A DNA stretch of 64,000 nt from Macrostomum lignano (GCA_002269645.1 NIVC01000105.1:39992-103991), one strand, 5' to 3'; numbered from the stretch's first letter, positions 20,095 to 32,424 are shown. The notes: a model not told the origin generated them from the letters alone. Numbers and translations: made by a program.

Positions 20095-22225
20095 AGCACC
20101 AAGGGGCGCCAAGCACCAAGGGGCGCCAAGCACCAAGGGGCGCCAAGCACCAAGGGGCGCCAAGCACCAAGGGGCGCCAAGCACCAAGGGGCGCCAAGCA
20201 CCAAGGGGCGCCAAGCACCAAGGGGCGCCAAGCACCAAGGGGCGCCAAGCACCAAGGGGCGCCAAGCACCAAGGGGCGCCAAGCACCAAGGGGCGCCAAG
20301 CACCAAGGGGCGCCAAGCACCAAGGGGCGCCAAGCACCAAGGGGCGCCAAGCACCAAGGGGCGCCAAGCACCAAGGGGCGCCAAGCACCAAGGGGCGCCA
20401 AGCACCAAGGGGCGCCAAGCACCAAGGGGCGCCAAGCACCAAGGGGCGCCAAGCACCAAGGGGCGCCAAGCACCAAGGGGCGCCAAGCACCAAGGGGCGC
20501 CAAGCACCAAGGGGCGCCAAGCACCAAGGGGCGCCAAGCACCCAAGAAAGACTTAAGTAGAAGGACGGGAAACCTCGTTTCTTAGAAAAGTTTTGAAGGC
20601 ACTTTTTCCCGAAAAAATACACTACGGAGATAGGAAGTTTTCATTTTTTCAGCACAAAAATTGTTATTGCGTTTGATAGGAGGCAGATCCAGTGTTCATC
20701 TTTTGATATGTTGTGCCTTTTTTATTGCTCTATCGATATTTACAAAGCTTTTCGTTCAGAAAACTAGGATTCTATGTTAATTTTTGATTCTACGTATATT
20801 TCCTGTATCTAAAAATCACAAAAATGCATGACACAGCTCCAATATTTGGTTCTATGAACCTATTTTATCATCTCTGTTACAAATATTTGCTACACAGTCG
20901 GGTAAGAATGCTAAAATAGACTCATAAAACCAAAGAGCCGAGCCGTGGCATTCTAATGTATTTCAAGCACAAGACACGCGAAAATATACGAAGAATAAAA
21001 AATTAACATAGAATCCTAATTTCCTGAACGAAAAGCTTTATAAATATCGATAGAGCAATAAAAAAAGGCACAACATATCAAAATATGAACACTGGATCTG
21101 CCTCCTATCAAACGCAATAACAATTTTTGTGCTGAAAAAATGAAAACTTCCTATCTCCGTAGTGTATTTTTTCGGAAAATCTTGCCTTCAAAAATTTTCT
21201 AAGAAACGAGGTTTCCCGTCCTTCTACTTAAGTCGTCCTTGCAAGCACCAAGGGGCGCCAAGCACCAAGGGGCGCCAAGCACCAAGGGGCGCCAAGCACC
21301 AAGGGGCGCCAAGCACCAAGGGGCGCCAAGCACCAAGGGGCGCCAAGCACCAAGGGGCGCCAAGCACCAAGGGGCGCCAAGCACCAAGGGGCGCCAAGCA
21401 CCAAGGGGCGCCAAGCACCAAGGGGCGCCAAGCACCAAGGGGCGCCAAGCACCAAGGGGCGCCAAGCACCAAGGGGCGCCAAGCACCAAGGGGCGCCAAG
21501 CACCAAGGGGCGCCAAGCACCAAGGGGCGCCAAGCACCAAGGGGCGCCAAGCACCAAGGGGCGCCAAGCACCAAGGGGCGCCAAGCACCAAGGGGCGCCA
21601 AGCACCAAGGGGCGCCAAGCACCAAGGGGCGCCAAGCACCAAGGGGCGCCAAGCACCAAGGGGCGCCAAGCACCAAGGGGCGCCAAGCACCAAGGGGCGC
21701 CAAGCACCAAGGGGCGCCAAGCACCAAGGGGCGCCAAGCACCAAGGGGCGCCAAGCACCAAGGGGCGCCAAGCACCAAGGGGCGCCAAGCACCAAGGGGC
21801 GCCAAGCACCAAGGGGCGCCAAGCACCAAGGGGCGCCAAGCACCAAGGGGCGCCAAGCACCAAGGGGCGCCAAGCACCAAGGGGCGCCAAGCACCAAGGG
21901 GCGCCAAGCACCAAGGGGCGCCAAGCACCAAGGGGCGCCAAGCACCAAGGGGCGCCAAGCACCAAGGGGCGCCAAGCACCAAGGGGCGCCAAGCACCAAG
22001 GGGGGCCAAGCACCAAGGGGCGCCAGCACCAAAGGGGCGCCAGCACCAAGGGGCGCCAGCACCAAGGGGCGCCAGAACCAAGGGGCGCCAGCACCAAGGG
22101 GCGCCAGCACCAAGGGGCGCCAGCACCAAGGGGCGCCAGCACCAAGGGGCGCCAGCACCAAGGGGCGCCAGCACCAAGGGGCGCCAGCACCAAGGGGCGC
22201 CAGCACCAAGGGGCGCCAGCACCAT
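20095..22225 (+). repeat. 17-bp minisatellite AAGCACCAAGGGGCGCC (20095-20542 and 21242-22225), split by an inserted element
   Basis: Near-perfect tandem units in the same orientation on both sides of the insertion. 16-bp variants (GCACCAAGGGGCGCCA) occur after about 22020. Confidence 0.95.
20543..21241. mobile_element. 699-bp non-autonomous foldback DNA transposon with ~260-bp inverted arms and 8-bp TSD (hAT- or P-superfamily-like)
   Basis: Arms 20543-~20802 and ~20980-21241 are reverse complements. Termini are CAAG(A/G)A(A/C)GACTTAAGTAGAAGG. The flanking direct repeat CAAGCACC is at 20535-20542 and 21242-21249. No ORF. Confidence 0.8.
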
Positions 22226-24424
22226 GCAATAGCACCATGCAATAGCACCATATAGTCAACCCCAATTAGGTGCAGCGAACCCATTGTGGACTGGAACTCG
22301 TGTCACAATCATACGGTGGCTTGACAAGCCTTTTTCTTTACGAAAAAACGGCATATAGTAAGCCAAATTCTGCATGCAAATTTGCATTTTCGGCATGTAT
22401 TTTTTGATTTGCTGGAAGGCGTGGCGGGACCCACACTGCCTAAAATTACCTAAATAAATATCAGTGCTTTAAAACTAACAAGGCTGCACTTGCGATAAAA
22501 AAATTTGTTTGTTTCTTAGGCAATTGTCAGTCAGCATGTTGCTCCGAATGGTTTGTTTTAATAGTAATAAGTTACTCTCCTAATATTTAAATTTATCGTT
22601 TTCCTAGACTTTAAGGAATTAGTCGACACTACTGTATTTATATGGTAGTAGATTCAGGACATCTTTAAAAAACCGTTAGGTGAATTCATGGATTTATCTT
22701 CCGTTTAGAATAGCTAAAATTTAAAACATTGTATTGTTTTTAATTACGCTTAATATTCTTGCAGCTTTGTTTTACATTGCTAGATAAATCCAAAATATCA
22801 ACATGAACATGATGTGATTGTGATGTACAAATCTTATCATATACTTTTAATATATTGTATTTGAAGAACCATTTTGTTGAATTGTTGGTTTAATTTAGAC
22901 AATATATTTAATTTGTTTCTTTTTTATTTCCTGTGGCTTAATGTTTTATAATAATTTACCTTTAGAAAAAAAATTTCTCTTGTTACGACCATCATGTAAC
23001 TTAGCCTTCAATTTATTTTGTTATCATTAGTCAAATGAGTAAAACAATTTATTTTTAGTGGAACAGACATATTTTGCTTTTAGAATGACTCAAATATAAA
23101 CGATTTTAGCTTATTACAGGGACTAATTCATGAGCTTGTATGTAAGAATGTTACGACCGACATTATATGGAATGACCTATTTGACTTGAGACAGACTATA
23201 GCTATATAATATATTTTAAATATCAGTCAATTAGTATGCCTAGTTATATAAATAATAGGGTATTTTGTTTGAATGGATCTTTGTTTAAGTAGGCTATTTT
23301 GTTATAAATTTGTTATAAAAAACAAATTTGTTATAATGATAAGAATTTTTTATGCAAATAAATTTTGTTTAAACTGATAGATGGTGTGAATTTTTGTTTT
23401 GACTTGTCCTATGCATCCCAACCTCCTTTGTCAAGCTATAAATAAAAGTGATTTTGCTGCATTGGGTTTTTTGCTTGCCATTTCTTTAATTCAGTTCAAG
23501 AAAGCAAATCATTTTGACTTAATACTCTAGAAAGCTAAATAAATAAAAGGAAGGAGAAACCCATGAGAGGACAGCAAACAAAGGAAAAATGGTCAGCCAG
23601 TTGGGCAACTCCAGTCCCAGGATAGCCTAATTTAGGACTGGATGAATTAGAAGTTGGAATATAGTTATTAAGGAAATTAAATCAATGTTTGCCATTTGAA
23701 ACTGCTACTAGGACAACTTCAATGTGCAAGGAGTCCTTAGACTAAATTTTGGATAGGAAACCTAGGCTACAATAACTTGGTTGCTAACCAGTGGAACTTT
23801 GATTAGACAGAGAGAAACCCTGGAATATACTTAAACTCATATTGTTTTTTTCTTAGTTATATTTGTTTTATCTGTTTATAAATATTTTAACTTTTATTAA
23901 TCACTGCTTCTATATATAACACTAAGACCAAAGTATTTCAAGGTTGGATTCTGTTTATAGCCAGGTACTAACTTAGGGTTCATATGAAAAATTTCCCTAG
24001 AGCTTATCTAAATATACTAAATCTAAATATACTAAATCTCTAAGGTTTGTTTGTATGCTTGTCTATATACTAAAAATGAATGTGTCTGTGTGTAAATGAT
24101 AGCTTAGAAGAAAAGTGGCTAGATAGATTTTCACCTGACTTGAGCCAATAGATCGGAAATATTACGGGAGTGTCAATGTGGGGTTTAAATGTTTAATTTC
24201 AATTAAGAAATTGGTGAATGTACAAAAACTTGTTTTTCCTATCTAATTAGTGTATTTTTCTTGCAGTGAGAGCTCAATATATCTATGGCCATAGACTAAG
24301 CTTCAACTTATTTAGCTGATGCTACGAACTATAAATAATTAAATATGAGAATTCGAAAACGTTTTTTGCATAAGGGTAGATATCAGCCAATGCACTTTGA
24401 AAGTATTGAAGTAGTGCGCCAAAA

Positions 24425-25925
24425 TGTCTGAGGGATGCTTTCTGTCTAGAGGATGCTTGCTGTCAGGGGGATGCTTGCTGTCTGGGGGATGCTTGCTATC
24501 GGGGGGATGCTTGCTGTCAGGGGGATGCTTGCTATCTGGGGGATGCTTGCTGTCTGGGGGGATGCTTGCTATCTGGGGGATGCTTGCTATCGGGGGATGC
24601 TTGCTATCGGGGGATGCTTGCTATCTGGGGATGCTTGCTATCGGGGGATGCTTGCTATCTGGGGGATGCTTGCTGTCTGGGGGATGCTTGCTATCGGGGG
24701 ATGCTTGCTGTCAGGGGGATGCTTGCTGTCAGGGGGATGCTTGCTGTCAGGGGGATGCTTGCTATCTGGGGATGCTTGCTGTCAGGGGGATGCTTGCTGT
24801 CAGGGGATGCTTGCTATCGGGGGATGCTTGCTGTCAGGGGGATGCTTGCTGTCAGGGGGATGCTTGCTGTCAGGGGGATGCTTGCTATCTGGGGGATGCT
24901 TGCTATCTGGGGGATGCTTGCTATCTGGGGGATGCTTGCTGTCAGGGGGATGCTTGCTATCTGGGGGATGCTTGCTATCTGGGGGATGCTTGCTATCTGG
25001 GGGATGCTTGCTATCTGGGGGATGCTTGCTGTCAGGGATGCTTGCTGTCTGGGGGATGCTTGCTGTCAGGGGGATGCTTGCTATCTGGGGGTATGCTTGC
25101 TGTCGGGGGTGCTTGCTATCTGGGGATGCTTGCTATCGGGGGATGCTTGCTGTCAGGGGGATGCTTGCTGTCAGGGGGATGCTTGCTGTCAGGGGGATGC
25201 TTGCTATCTGGGGGATGCTTGCTATCTGGGGGATGCTTGCTATCTGGGGGATGCTTGCTGTCAGGGGGATGCTTGCTATCTGGGGGATGCTTGCTATCTG
25301 GGGGATGCTTGCTATCTGGGGGATGCTTGCTATCTGGGGGATGCTTGCTATCTGGGGGATGCTTGCTATCTGGGGGATGCTTGCTGTCAGGGGGATGCTT
25401 GCTGTCAGGGGGATGCTTGCTATCTGGGGGTATGCTTGCTGTCGGGGGTGTTTGCTATCTGGGGGATGCTTGCTATCGGGGGATGCTTGCTGTCAGGGGG
25501 ATGCTTGCTGTCAGGGGATGCTTGCTGTCAGGGGGATGCTTGCTATCTGGGGGATGCTTGCTGTCTGGGGGATGCTTGCTATCTGGGGGATGCTTGCTGT
25601 CAGGGGGATGCTTGCTATCTGGGGATGCTTGCTATCTGGGGGATGCTTGCTATCTGGGGGATGCTTGCTATCTGGGGGATGCTTGCTATCTGGGGATGCT
25701 TGCTATCTGGGGGATGCTTGCTGTCAGGGGGATGCTTGCTGTCTGGGGGATGCTTGCTGTCAGGGGATGCTTGCTATCGGGGGGATGCTTGCTTTCAGGG
25801 GGATGCTTGCTGTCAGGGGGATGCTTGCTGTCAGGGGGATGCTTGCTATCTGGGGGATGCTTGCTGTCTGGGGGGATGCTTGCTATCTGGGGGATGCTTG
25901 CTATCTGAAGGATTGCTTGCTACAT
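24425..25925 (+). repeat. 18-bp G-rich minisatellite GGGGGATGCTTGCT(ATCT/GTCA), about 80 units
   Basis: Tandem units with variable G-run length. Explains the GGCLLS/GDACY/GMLAI repeat ORFs. Confidence 0.95.
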
Positions 25926-26848
25926 TACATAATTACATTCTTTCTTTGCTCCCCAACATACAAACTTTCTTATATATTTTTTTACTCATTACACCTGGCC
26001 TGCAGTAAGCGGCCAGAGTTACAGCGATTGGCACAGTCGTAGCTTTCTGCGTGCAGTGCGCAATGCGTCTGAGGGCTGTGTATAGATGAACAGTCTTTCA
26101 TTGACTGAGGGAGCCGCCACACCCACTTAGAGTTAGTTGATAGGTATGGTATGTTAACATCTTGTATTAGACAGATTAGAGGTATATTACAATTGAACGA
26201 GAAATTCGGAACCTGTTAAGGGCCATTGCAAAACTTAATTGTAGAGGGGCCTTTTGGTTAAGGCTTTTTGCTTCCAGTTTAAGGTAACTATACAGTACTC
26301 CGCGAGGTATTCCACTGGATGGGAGATGGGTTGATGAGACACCCGGAGGGTGGGGATACCGCCTAGTATCTCCTTTTAGTAATTTTAGTAATTCCCATGA
26401 ACCTACCAAAAAGAATGTCTTAATTCTAAATGATGATAAATAAGTTAGGGCCATTATATATGCTTAGTGATACTATATATCATGCAATTTGCATGTCTAT
26501 TTGGGGGTCACAATAACAGGAGGCATAACTGCTTGTCCTTTTGCCAACTCTCCCAAACCCAATGACCCTTTGAACTAATTAATCAACTATTAGCGCCTTC
26601 TATGTAATTTAAAAAATTCTAATATTTCGATGCTACAAAGTAACTAAAATGACATAAAGTGAATTAATAATAAACTTATCAGATGACGAGGCATTCACTA
26701 TTTACAGTTGACAAATAGTTGCTCCTGCTGTTTACCCAGTACTCCCGCTTTTCAGTCCAACATTTACAAGTGCTTGAAACTTGCTATGGTTGCTATGGTA
26801 GGGCTTTAAATTTTAACATTATTTTTAGCTTATGCTTTACACTGTCAA

Positions 26849-27153
26849 GGTTGTAGCCCAGTGGTTAGAGTGTCAGACTCATGACTTGAAGGTCGGGAGT
26901 TCAATTCTCAACCCAGTCAAAAAAAATTGTGTCCTTGAGCAATAACACTTAAATCTGCATTGCTTCAGTTCACCCAGCTGTAAAATGGGTGCCAGCATTA
27001 CCTGGGGTAATTGAGGGTGTGTGTGGCGACCCCCCAGTCCTTGGACTGAACAGCCTTACGCAGCCTTCAGATTCGCTGTGCAATAGCTGCGGCTGAGCTG
27101 TCGGTTGCACATCTGGCCCAATAGGGGCAGGTGTAATCAATTATTATTATTAT
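26849..27153 (+). mobile_element. tRNA-derived SINE with CORE-like (MIR-type) central domain
   Basis: Box A GTAGCCCAGTGG (26853), anticodon-like loop CTCATGA, box B GGAGTTCAATTC (26896). These are followed by TGTGTCCTTGAGCAATAACACTTAA...CTTCAGTTCACCCAGCTGTAAAATGGG, resembling the MIR CORE consensus, and an (ATT)n tail at ~27140-27153. Confidence 0.75.
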
Positions 27154-27660
27154 CTGCACTATGCATATTATACGAGAACTAAATTCACTGCACTTACTAT
27201 CTTAAATGCTATATTGTTTAGTGGAACACTGGATATCAGGATCTCAGATTTCCCAATACTTTACCAGTCCCTTCGTGTGCTCTCGCTCGTGTTCAGGTTA
27301 GAAAAAAAAATGATTAAAAAATTCTGCGATAAAGCCAATATGCATGTCCATTCGTTTCTTTTTGTAATTTCCTCCCAAAGACTGCACTTCCGTTCACCCC
27401 CACTGTGCGTTTGCAAATTTGATGTCGAACTCCCGGTCGAACCGAGAAGATTTATTCGAGCCAATCGATTGTCAGCCTTATAAGGACGAGAGGAAAAAAG
27501 GACGAAAAAATAGTAATTTTTAATCAAACGAACACGACTAAAAAAGTCTACTTTAATAAAAAATATATAAAAGAGATTCATTCTGGCACGAAGGCGTAGC
27601 AGAGCCGGTAGCAGTTCCACTGGAGTGTTTGCAAAACTGCAGCAACGAACCGGATCAATC

Positions 27661-28286
27661 ATGGCAGCGTCTGTATTTGTGGCTGTGCTGGTCGCTACTC
27701 TCCTGTACAGTGGCCTGTGGTCCAGCAGCCGCTCAGTAAACGGCAGTACAGGCTGTCCTGACGTAACAACCTTTGCTTCGGCTGTTGAACCATTCGATTC
27801 ATCCCAGATGAGAGCTTTACGCAATCTGTCGACGAAAGATCGTTTGATTCAACTGGCTCAACCGTTGTTAGTTGAACGTCCAGTCGGATCGAAGAATCAC
27901 GATATTGTTCGCGATTATTTAGTTAGTAGTATGCGCAAACTGAGCTGGTCCGTTAGCTTTGATAGCTTCGAACAGGACACTGTAGATGGCCGTCACAAGT
28001 TCGATAATATCATTGCTTCTCTGCATCCGAATGCACCTAGGAAGTTGGTTCTGGCTGCTCATTTTGAGTCGAAGAAAATGCCCGGGTTTATTGGTGCGAT
28101 TGATTCAGCGGTGCCGTGCGCGATCCTGCTGCAGCTAGCGGAAGCTCTGACCCCGTTGGTTCGAAGAAACGGTTCCTCGGCTAAGGCGGAGCTGGGACTG
28201 CAGTTTGTGTTCTTCGATGGTGAGGAGGCGTTTCAAGCTTGGACTGCTACCGATTCTATCTACGGGGCCAGGCACTTGGCGGCCAG
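27661..28286 (+). CDS. QPCT: Glutaminyl-peptide cyclotransferase (M28-type QC), exon 1
   Basis: ATG 27661 with a hydrophobic N-terminus. ERPVGS, LAAHFESK, GAIDSAVPCA, FFDGEEAF and DSIYGARHLA motifs. Donor CAG|GTGAGA at 28286/28287 (phase 2). Confidence 0.92.
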
Positions 28287-28469
28287 GTGAGAAAAGGGGG
28301 TTGTAGACTGGCTGTTTCAAGTGAAACACAAAAATAGGGTCAAGGAGAGAGGACAAGCTAGGTGGGGAAGAGAGGGGAATCTATCTGGTTGGAAAGAAAT
28401 TGAATGTAAGGAAAGGAAAAAGAATCTAGATGGGAGAGAGAGAGGGAGGAATCTATTTAGGAGAGAAGG

Positions 28470-29160
28470 GAATCTAGGTGGAAGAGAGGGGATGGAAATC
28501 TAGGTGGGAGAGAGGAAATGGAAATCTAGGTGGGAGAGAGGAGATGAAAATCTAGGTGGGAGAGGAGATGGAAATCTAGGTGGGAGAGAGGAGATGGAAA
28601 TCTAGGTGTGGGAGAGAGGGGAATCTATGTGGGAGAGAGGAGATGGAAATCTAGGTGGGAGAGAGGAGATGGAAATCTAGGTGTGGGAGAGAGGGGAATC
28701 TATGTGGGAGAGAGGAGATGGAAATCTATGTGGGAGAGAGGAGATGGAAATCTAGGTGGGAGAGAGGAGATGGAAATCTAGGTGGGGGAGAGGGGGAATC
28801 TAGGTGGGGGAGAGGGGGAATCTAGGTGGGGAGAGAGGGGAATCTAGGTGGGAGAGAGGGAAATCTAGGTGTGGGAGGGAGGGGAATCTAGGTGGGGGAG
28901 AGGGCGAAATCTAGGTGGGGGAGAGAGGGGAATCTAGGTGTGGGAGAGAGGAATCTAGGTGGGGGAGAGGGGAATCTAGGTGTGGGAGAGAGGGGAATCT
29001 AGGTGGGGGAGTGAGGGGAATCTAGGTGGAGGAAAGGGGAATCTAGGTGTGGGAGAGAGGGGAATCTAGGTGTGGGAGAGAGGAATCTAGGTGGGGGAGA
29101 GGGGAATCTAGGTGTGGGAGAGAGGGGAATCTAGGTGGGGGAGTGAGGGGAATCTAGGTA
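28470..29160 (+). repeat. Purine/G-rich ~20-23-bp minisatellite (GGAATCTAGGTGGGGGAGAGGG-like) filling the QC intron
   Basis: Tandem imperfect units anchored on AATCTAGGTG. Confidence 0.9.
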
Positions 29161-29344
29161 AAAGAAAAAAAATAAATTAGGTGGGAGTGAGAAATAGGGG
29201 AATCAAGGAGACGTAGGGGAATTCCAAAACAGATAAATCTATACAGGAAGCGGAACCAGGACAGCAGAGAGATAGAGAGAGGAATACTCGTAGGGAAGAG
29301 TTAAGTAGCAGCTGAACAGTCGCAAACTGAACTCTTCTGCACAG

Positions 29345-29819
29345 ATGGTCAGCTGAGAAGGGCGTCTCACCCGACTGCACCGTACTGAAGGAGATGGACA
29401 GCTTGGTGCTGCTAGACCTGATCGGCCACAAGAACACACAGTTTTGCTATCTGTCGCACGGTAGCAGCAATCGAGCTCTGGTTGACAAAGAGAAAGCCCT
29501 ATTTTCCGGTTTAGTTTCCGCTGAGACTCGGCTCAGAAAGTCCGGTCTCTTGTCGGACTCAAAGGGGGCAACGTTTTTTCAACCGGTAGTTCGATACGGT
29601 CAAATTGAAGACGATCACGTGCCATTTCGTCAACGCCAGGTGCCAGTAGTTCACATTATTGCTGTGCCATTTCCACCTGTGTGGCATAATATTAATGACA
29701 ATGCGGATAATATCAATTGGGATCAGTCTGAAGATATTGGGGCGATTGTGCAGCTGTGGACTGCCGAGATGCTTCATCTGAGACCGATTGTCAACGGTAG
29801 CGGTGGCAACGAGTTGTGA
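29345..29819 (+). CDS. QPCT: Glutaminyl-peptide cyclotransferase, exon 2 (spliced protein about 366 aa)
   Basis: Acceptor CTTCTGCACAG|A at 29344/29345 keeps the frame (HLAARWSAEK...). LVLLDLIG, IEDDHVPF and FPPVWHNIND supply the remaining catalytic and Zn-binding residues. Confidence 0.92.
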
Positions 29820-30219
29820 CTAGTTGACGGAGGGTCTCCTGGCAGCGACTCTCCTATTAGTGAAGCCAAGTCTGCCAGTGTTTTGCTGTCATCTGGTGTC
29901 GGTTCGATGTTGTGCCTAATTATTTGGCAACCGTGGCTGTTAAACTTGCAACTGCTCTGGATGGCCGGTTTGAGATTGAGCTGTTTGTTTAAGCTAACAT
30001 GAGGACAATAAACTTGATCGATCTTAAAGAAGACTTAAAGACTGAAAGCTGTTTTTCTTCTTGAAGTACACTTTTTACGCTATGTTCGTTTTCAATATGA
30101 AGTAAAGATTTGTTGAAATTATGTTTCTCCACAATTTATGCCGTCCACTTGAGTCTTAATGTATATCCTCCATCTGGGTCACTGGAATCTGGGAGGTCAC
30201 CATCCTTCCAAAACCTCAG

Positions 30220-30840
30220 TTGATGGGCCAGCTTCCCAGATTTCTCTTCATTTGCTGGGCTAGCCTCGCAGATCCTCAGTTGCTGGGCCCGCTTCCCAGA
30301 TTCTCAGTTGCTGGGCCAGCTTCCCAGATTCTCAGTTGCAGCCTTCCAGATCCTCAGTTGCTGGGTGGACCAGCCTCCCTGCAGATCCTCAGTTGCTGGT
30401 CCAGCCTCCCAGATCTTCGATCAGTTGCAGGGCCAGCCTCCCAGATCTTCGATCAGTTGCAGGGCCAGCCTCCCAGATCCTCAGTTGCTGGGCCAACAGC
30501 CTCCCAGATCCTCGGTTGCTGGCCAGCCTCCCAGATCCCCAGTTGCTGGGCCAGCTTCCCAGTGTCAGTTGCTGGGCCAGCCTCCCAGATCCTCGGTTGC
30601 TGGCCAGCCTCCCAGATCCCCAGTTGCTGGGCCAGCTTCCCAGTGTCAGCTGCTGGGCCAGCTTCCCAGAGTGTCAGTTGCTGGGCCAGCCTTCTAGATC
30701 CTCCCTCGATCAGTTGCTGGGCCAGCCTCCCAGATCCTCAGTTGCTGGGCCAGCCTCCCAGATCCTCAGTTGCTGGGCCAGCCTCCCAGATCCTCGATCA
30801 GTTGCAGAGCCAGCCTCCCGGTGTCAGTTGCTGGGCCACC
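30220..30840 (+). repeat. Degenerate ~28-bp minisatellite GCCTCCCAGATCCTCAGTTGCTGGGCCA
   Basis: Repeated CCCAGATC and GTTGCTGGGCCA blocks. Confidence 0.85.
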
Positions 30841-32424
30841 GGCACTCTCCCATATTATACTTCTTGACTAGGCCATCCTGAGTCCTGACTTATTAAATAC
30901 AATTTTTTATGGCTTTTTTCAGAATTTTCTTTGCGTGTGGACACTGAATAGTAACAAAAGATATTTTATGTATCATTCATTCGCTGATATTTAATTGTCA
31001 TGAATGCTTAGCTTCTATTGTCACTAAAGTTGCACTACATGCTTAGCTTTTATAGACTACAGGGTTTTCCATTTGTCAATGTAACAGTACATTTATATGC
31101 ATGTCACGACCAGTGACTCTTGCACTATGACAAATCAACTAGTACTTGGTTGTCAATTCACCTTCGAGATGCAACAGTAAGTGTAAATGTAATACAAACT
31201 ACATGTATTATCATGCCAGACTGATATTAACAGATCTAAGACTTAGCTGAAGTAATGCATATCCCTTTGATCCTTCAGGAATGGATTGATTCCACTACTC
31301 CTGATTATTTAGTAGCAGACACAAACTATTTTATTGGCTTTACCATAGCGTGCTAAAATTATTTAATTTGGCAGTATGTTTTTTCGTATATCAGAAACTT
31401 TGCAGTTATCGCAAAATATCGAAGCTGCTAGAAATATAGTTTATTATTGGCTGTACACCATTTTTATCAGGTTTGTTTATTTGAAGTCACAGTTTTTGTT
31501 TTTCTAGTGTCAAGCGGTAATCATAAACTCGTATGAATACTATATAACGATACTGTAATGAATTGTTTTTATTTATAAACTTGTAATCATCCGTTGATGC
31601 ATCGCACCTTTAAACAGCTAGCTATTTAACGATACTAGACAATACTGCTTCTTCGTGCCAATAAAAAACTCGTTTTGAAATACTTAGCGGAAGTCCTGAT
31701 TTTTATGTTTTGAATTGATTTGACTTTGGATCGCAATTTGAAACTACGCTCGAATTATTACAATGGGTTACTATGAATACTGGCATCATTTACAACTTAA
31801 TTTGAAATTAGGCAGTTAATAAAGCACACATTATTAATGTAAAATTTCCTTCAAAGTTCAATTGAAACATTATTCTGTAGTATCATTTTTGTTATTTATG
31901 TTAAAATTTTAACGTAACATATTTTTATTTATGACTACAAGTCATTCAGTGTCGCATGGCAAAACGAGTTTGGATATTTTGCAGTGAGCAGAACTAAAAT
32001 TACAAAATCAGTGATAGCAAATAGTGCAATTATAAAGCCAACATATCATAAGCCTCTGAGTCACAAAAGAATGCTCTAAAATACACTGCAAATTTCTTTA
32101 CATAGTAATAACAAGACTGGCACTAAACGCGTGAGAAATGTGTTGAAGCCTTTTAAAGTACAAAAAGACTAAATAATGTAAGGGGCCAAATCACACTGAA
32201 AAATATTCTTAATATTTCTAGCTCGCAAATATACCGCTACGAACTACTTATCTTTAAGTAACAATTGAAGAGAAAACTGCCTAAATGGATATAGTATAGA
32301 ATACACAGTGATTAAGATTAAAGACAAGTATCTAAATTGGCTTGCGGCTTTGTCAGCAATCTGTAATTATAATTATATTGAGTATTACTTGAATACACAC
32401 AAAGAATGATAGAGAAGACTATCT

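Noticed and set aside
20550-21234. piggyBac/Kolobok assignment based on TTAA near both ends of the foldback element
   Set aside because: Inverted similarity extends beyond TTAA to CAAG/CTTG, an 8-bp TSD lies outside, and the second copy at 35055 starts with CAAGG.
20013-22284. Long ORFs of LGAWRPLVLGAPWCLAP / APRGAKHQG repeats
   Set aside because: Translation of a stop-free 17-bp minisatellite that is open in many frames on both strands.
24424-26042. ~500-aa Cys/Gly-rich ORFs (GGCLLS, GDACY)
   Set aside because: An 18-bp minisatellite open in all three frames, with no unique coding context.
26849-26920. Functional tRNA-Met gene
   Set aside because: The acceptor and anticodon stems pair poorly, and the head continues into a CORE-like domain and simple-repeat tail, so it is better explained as a SINE.
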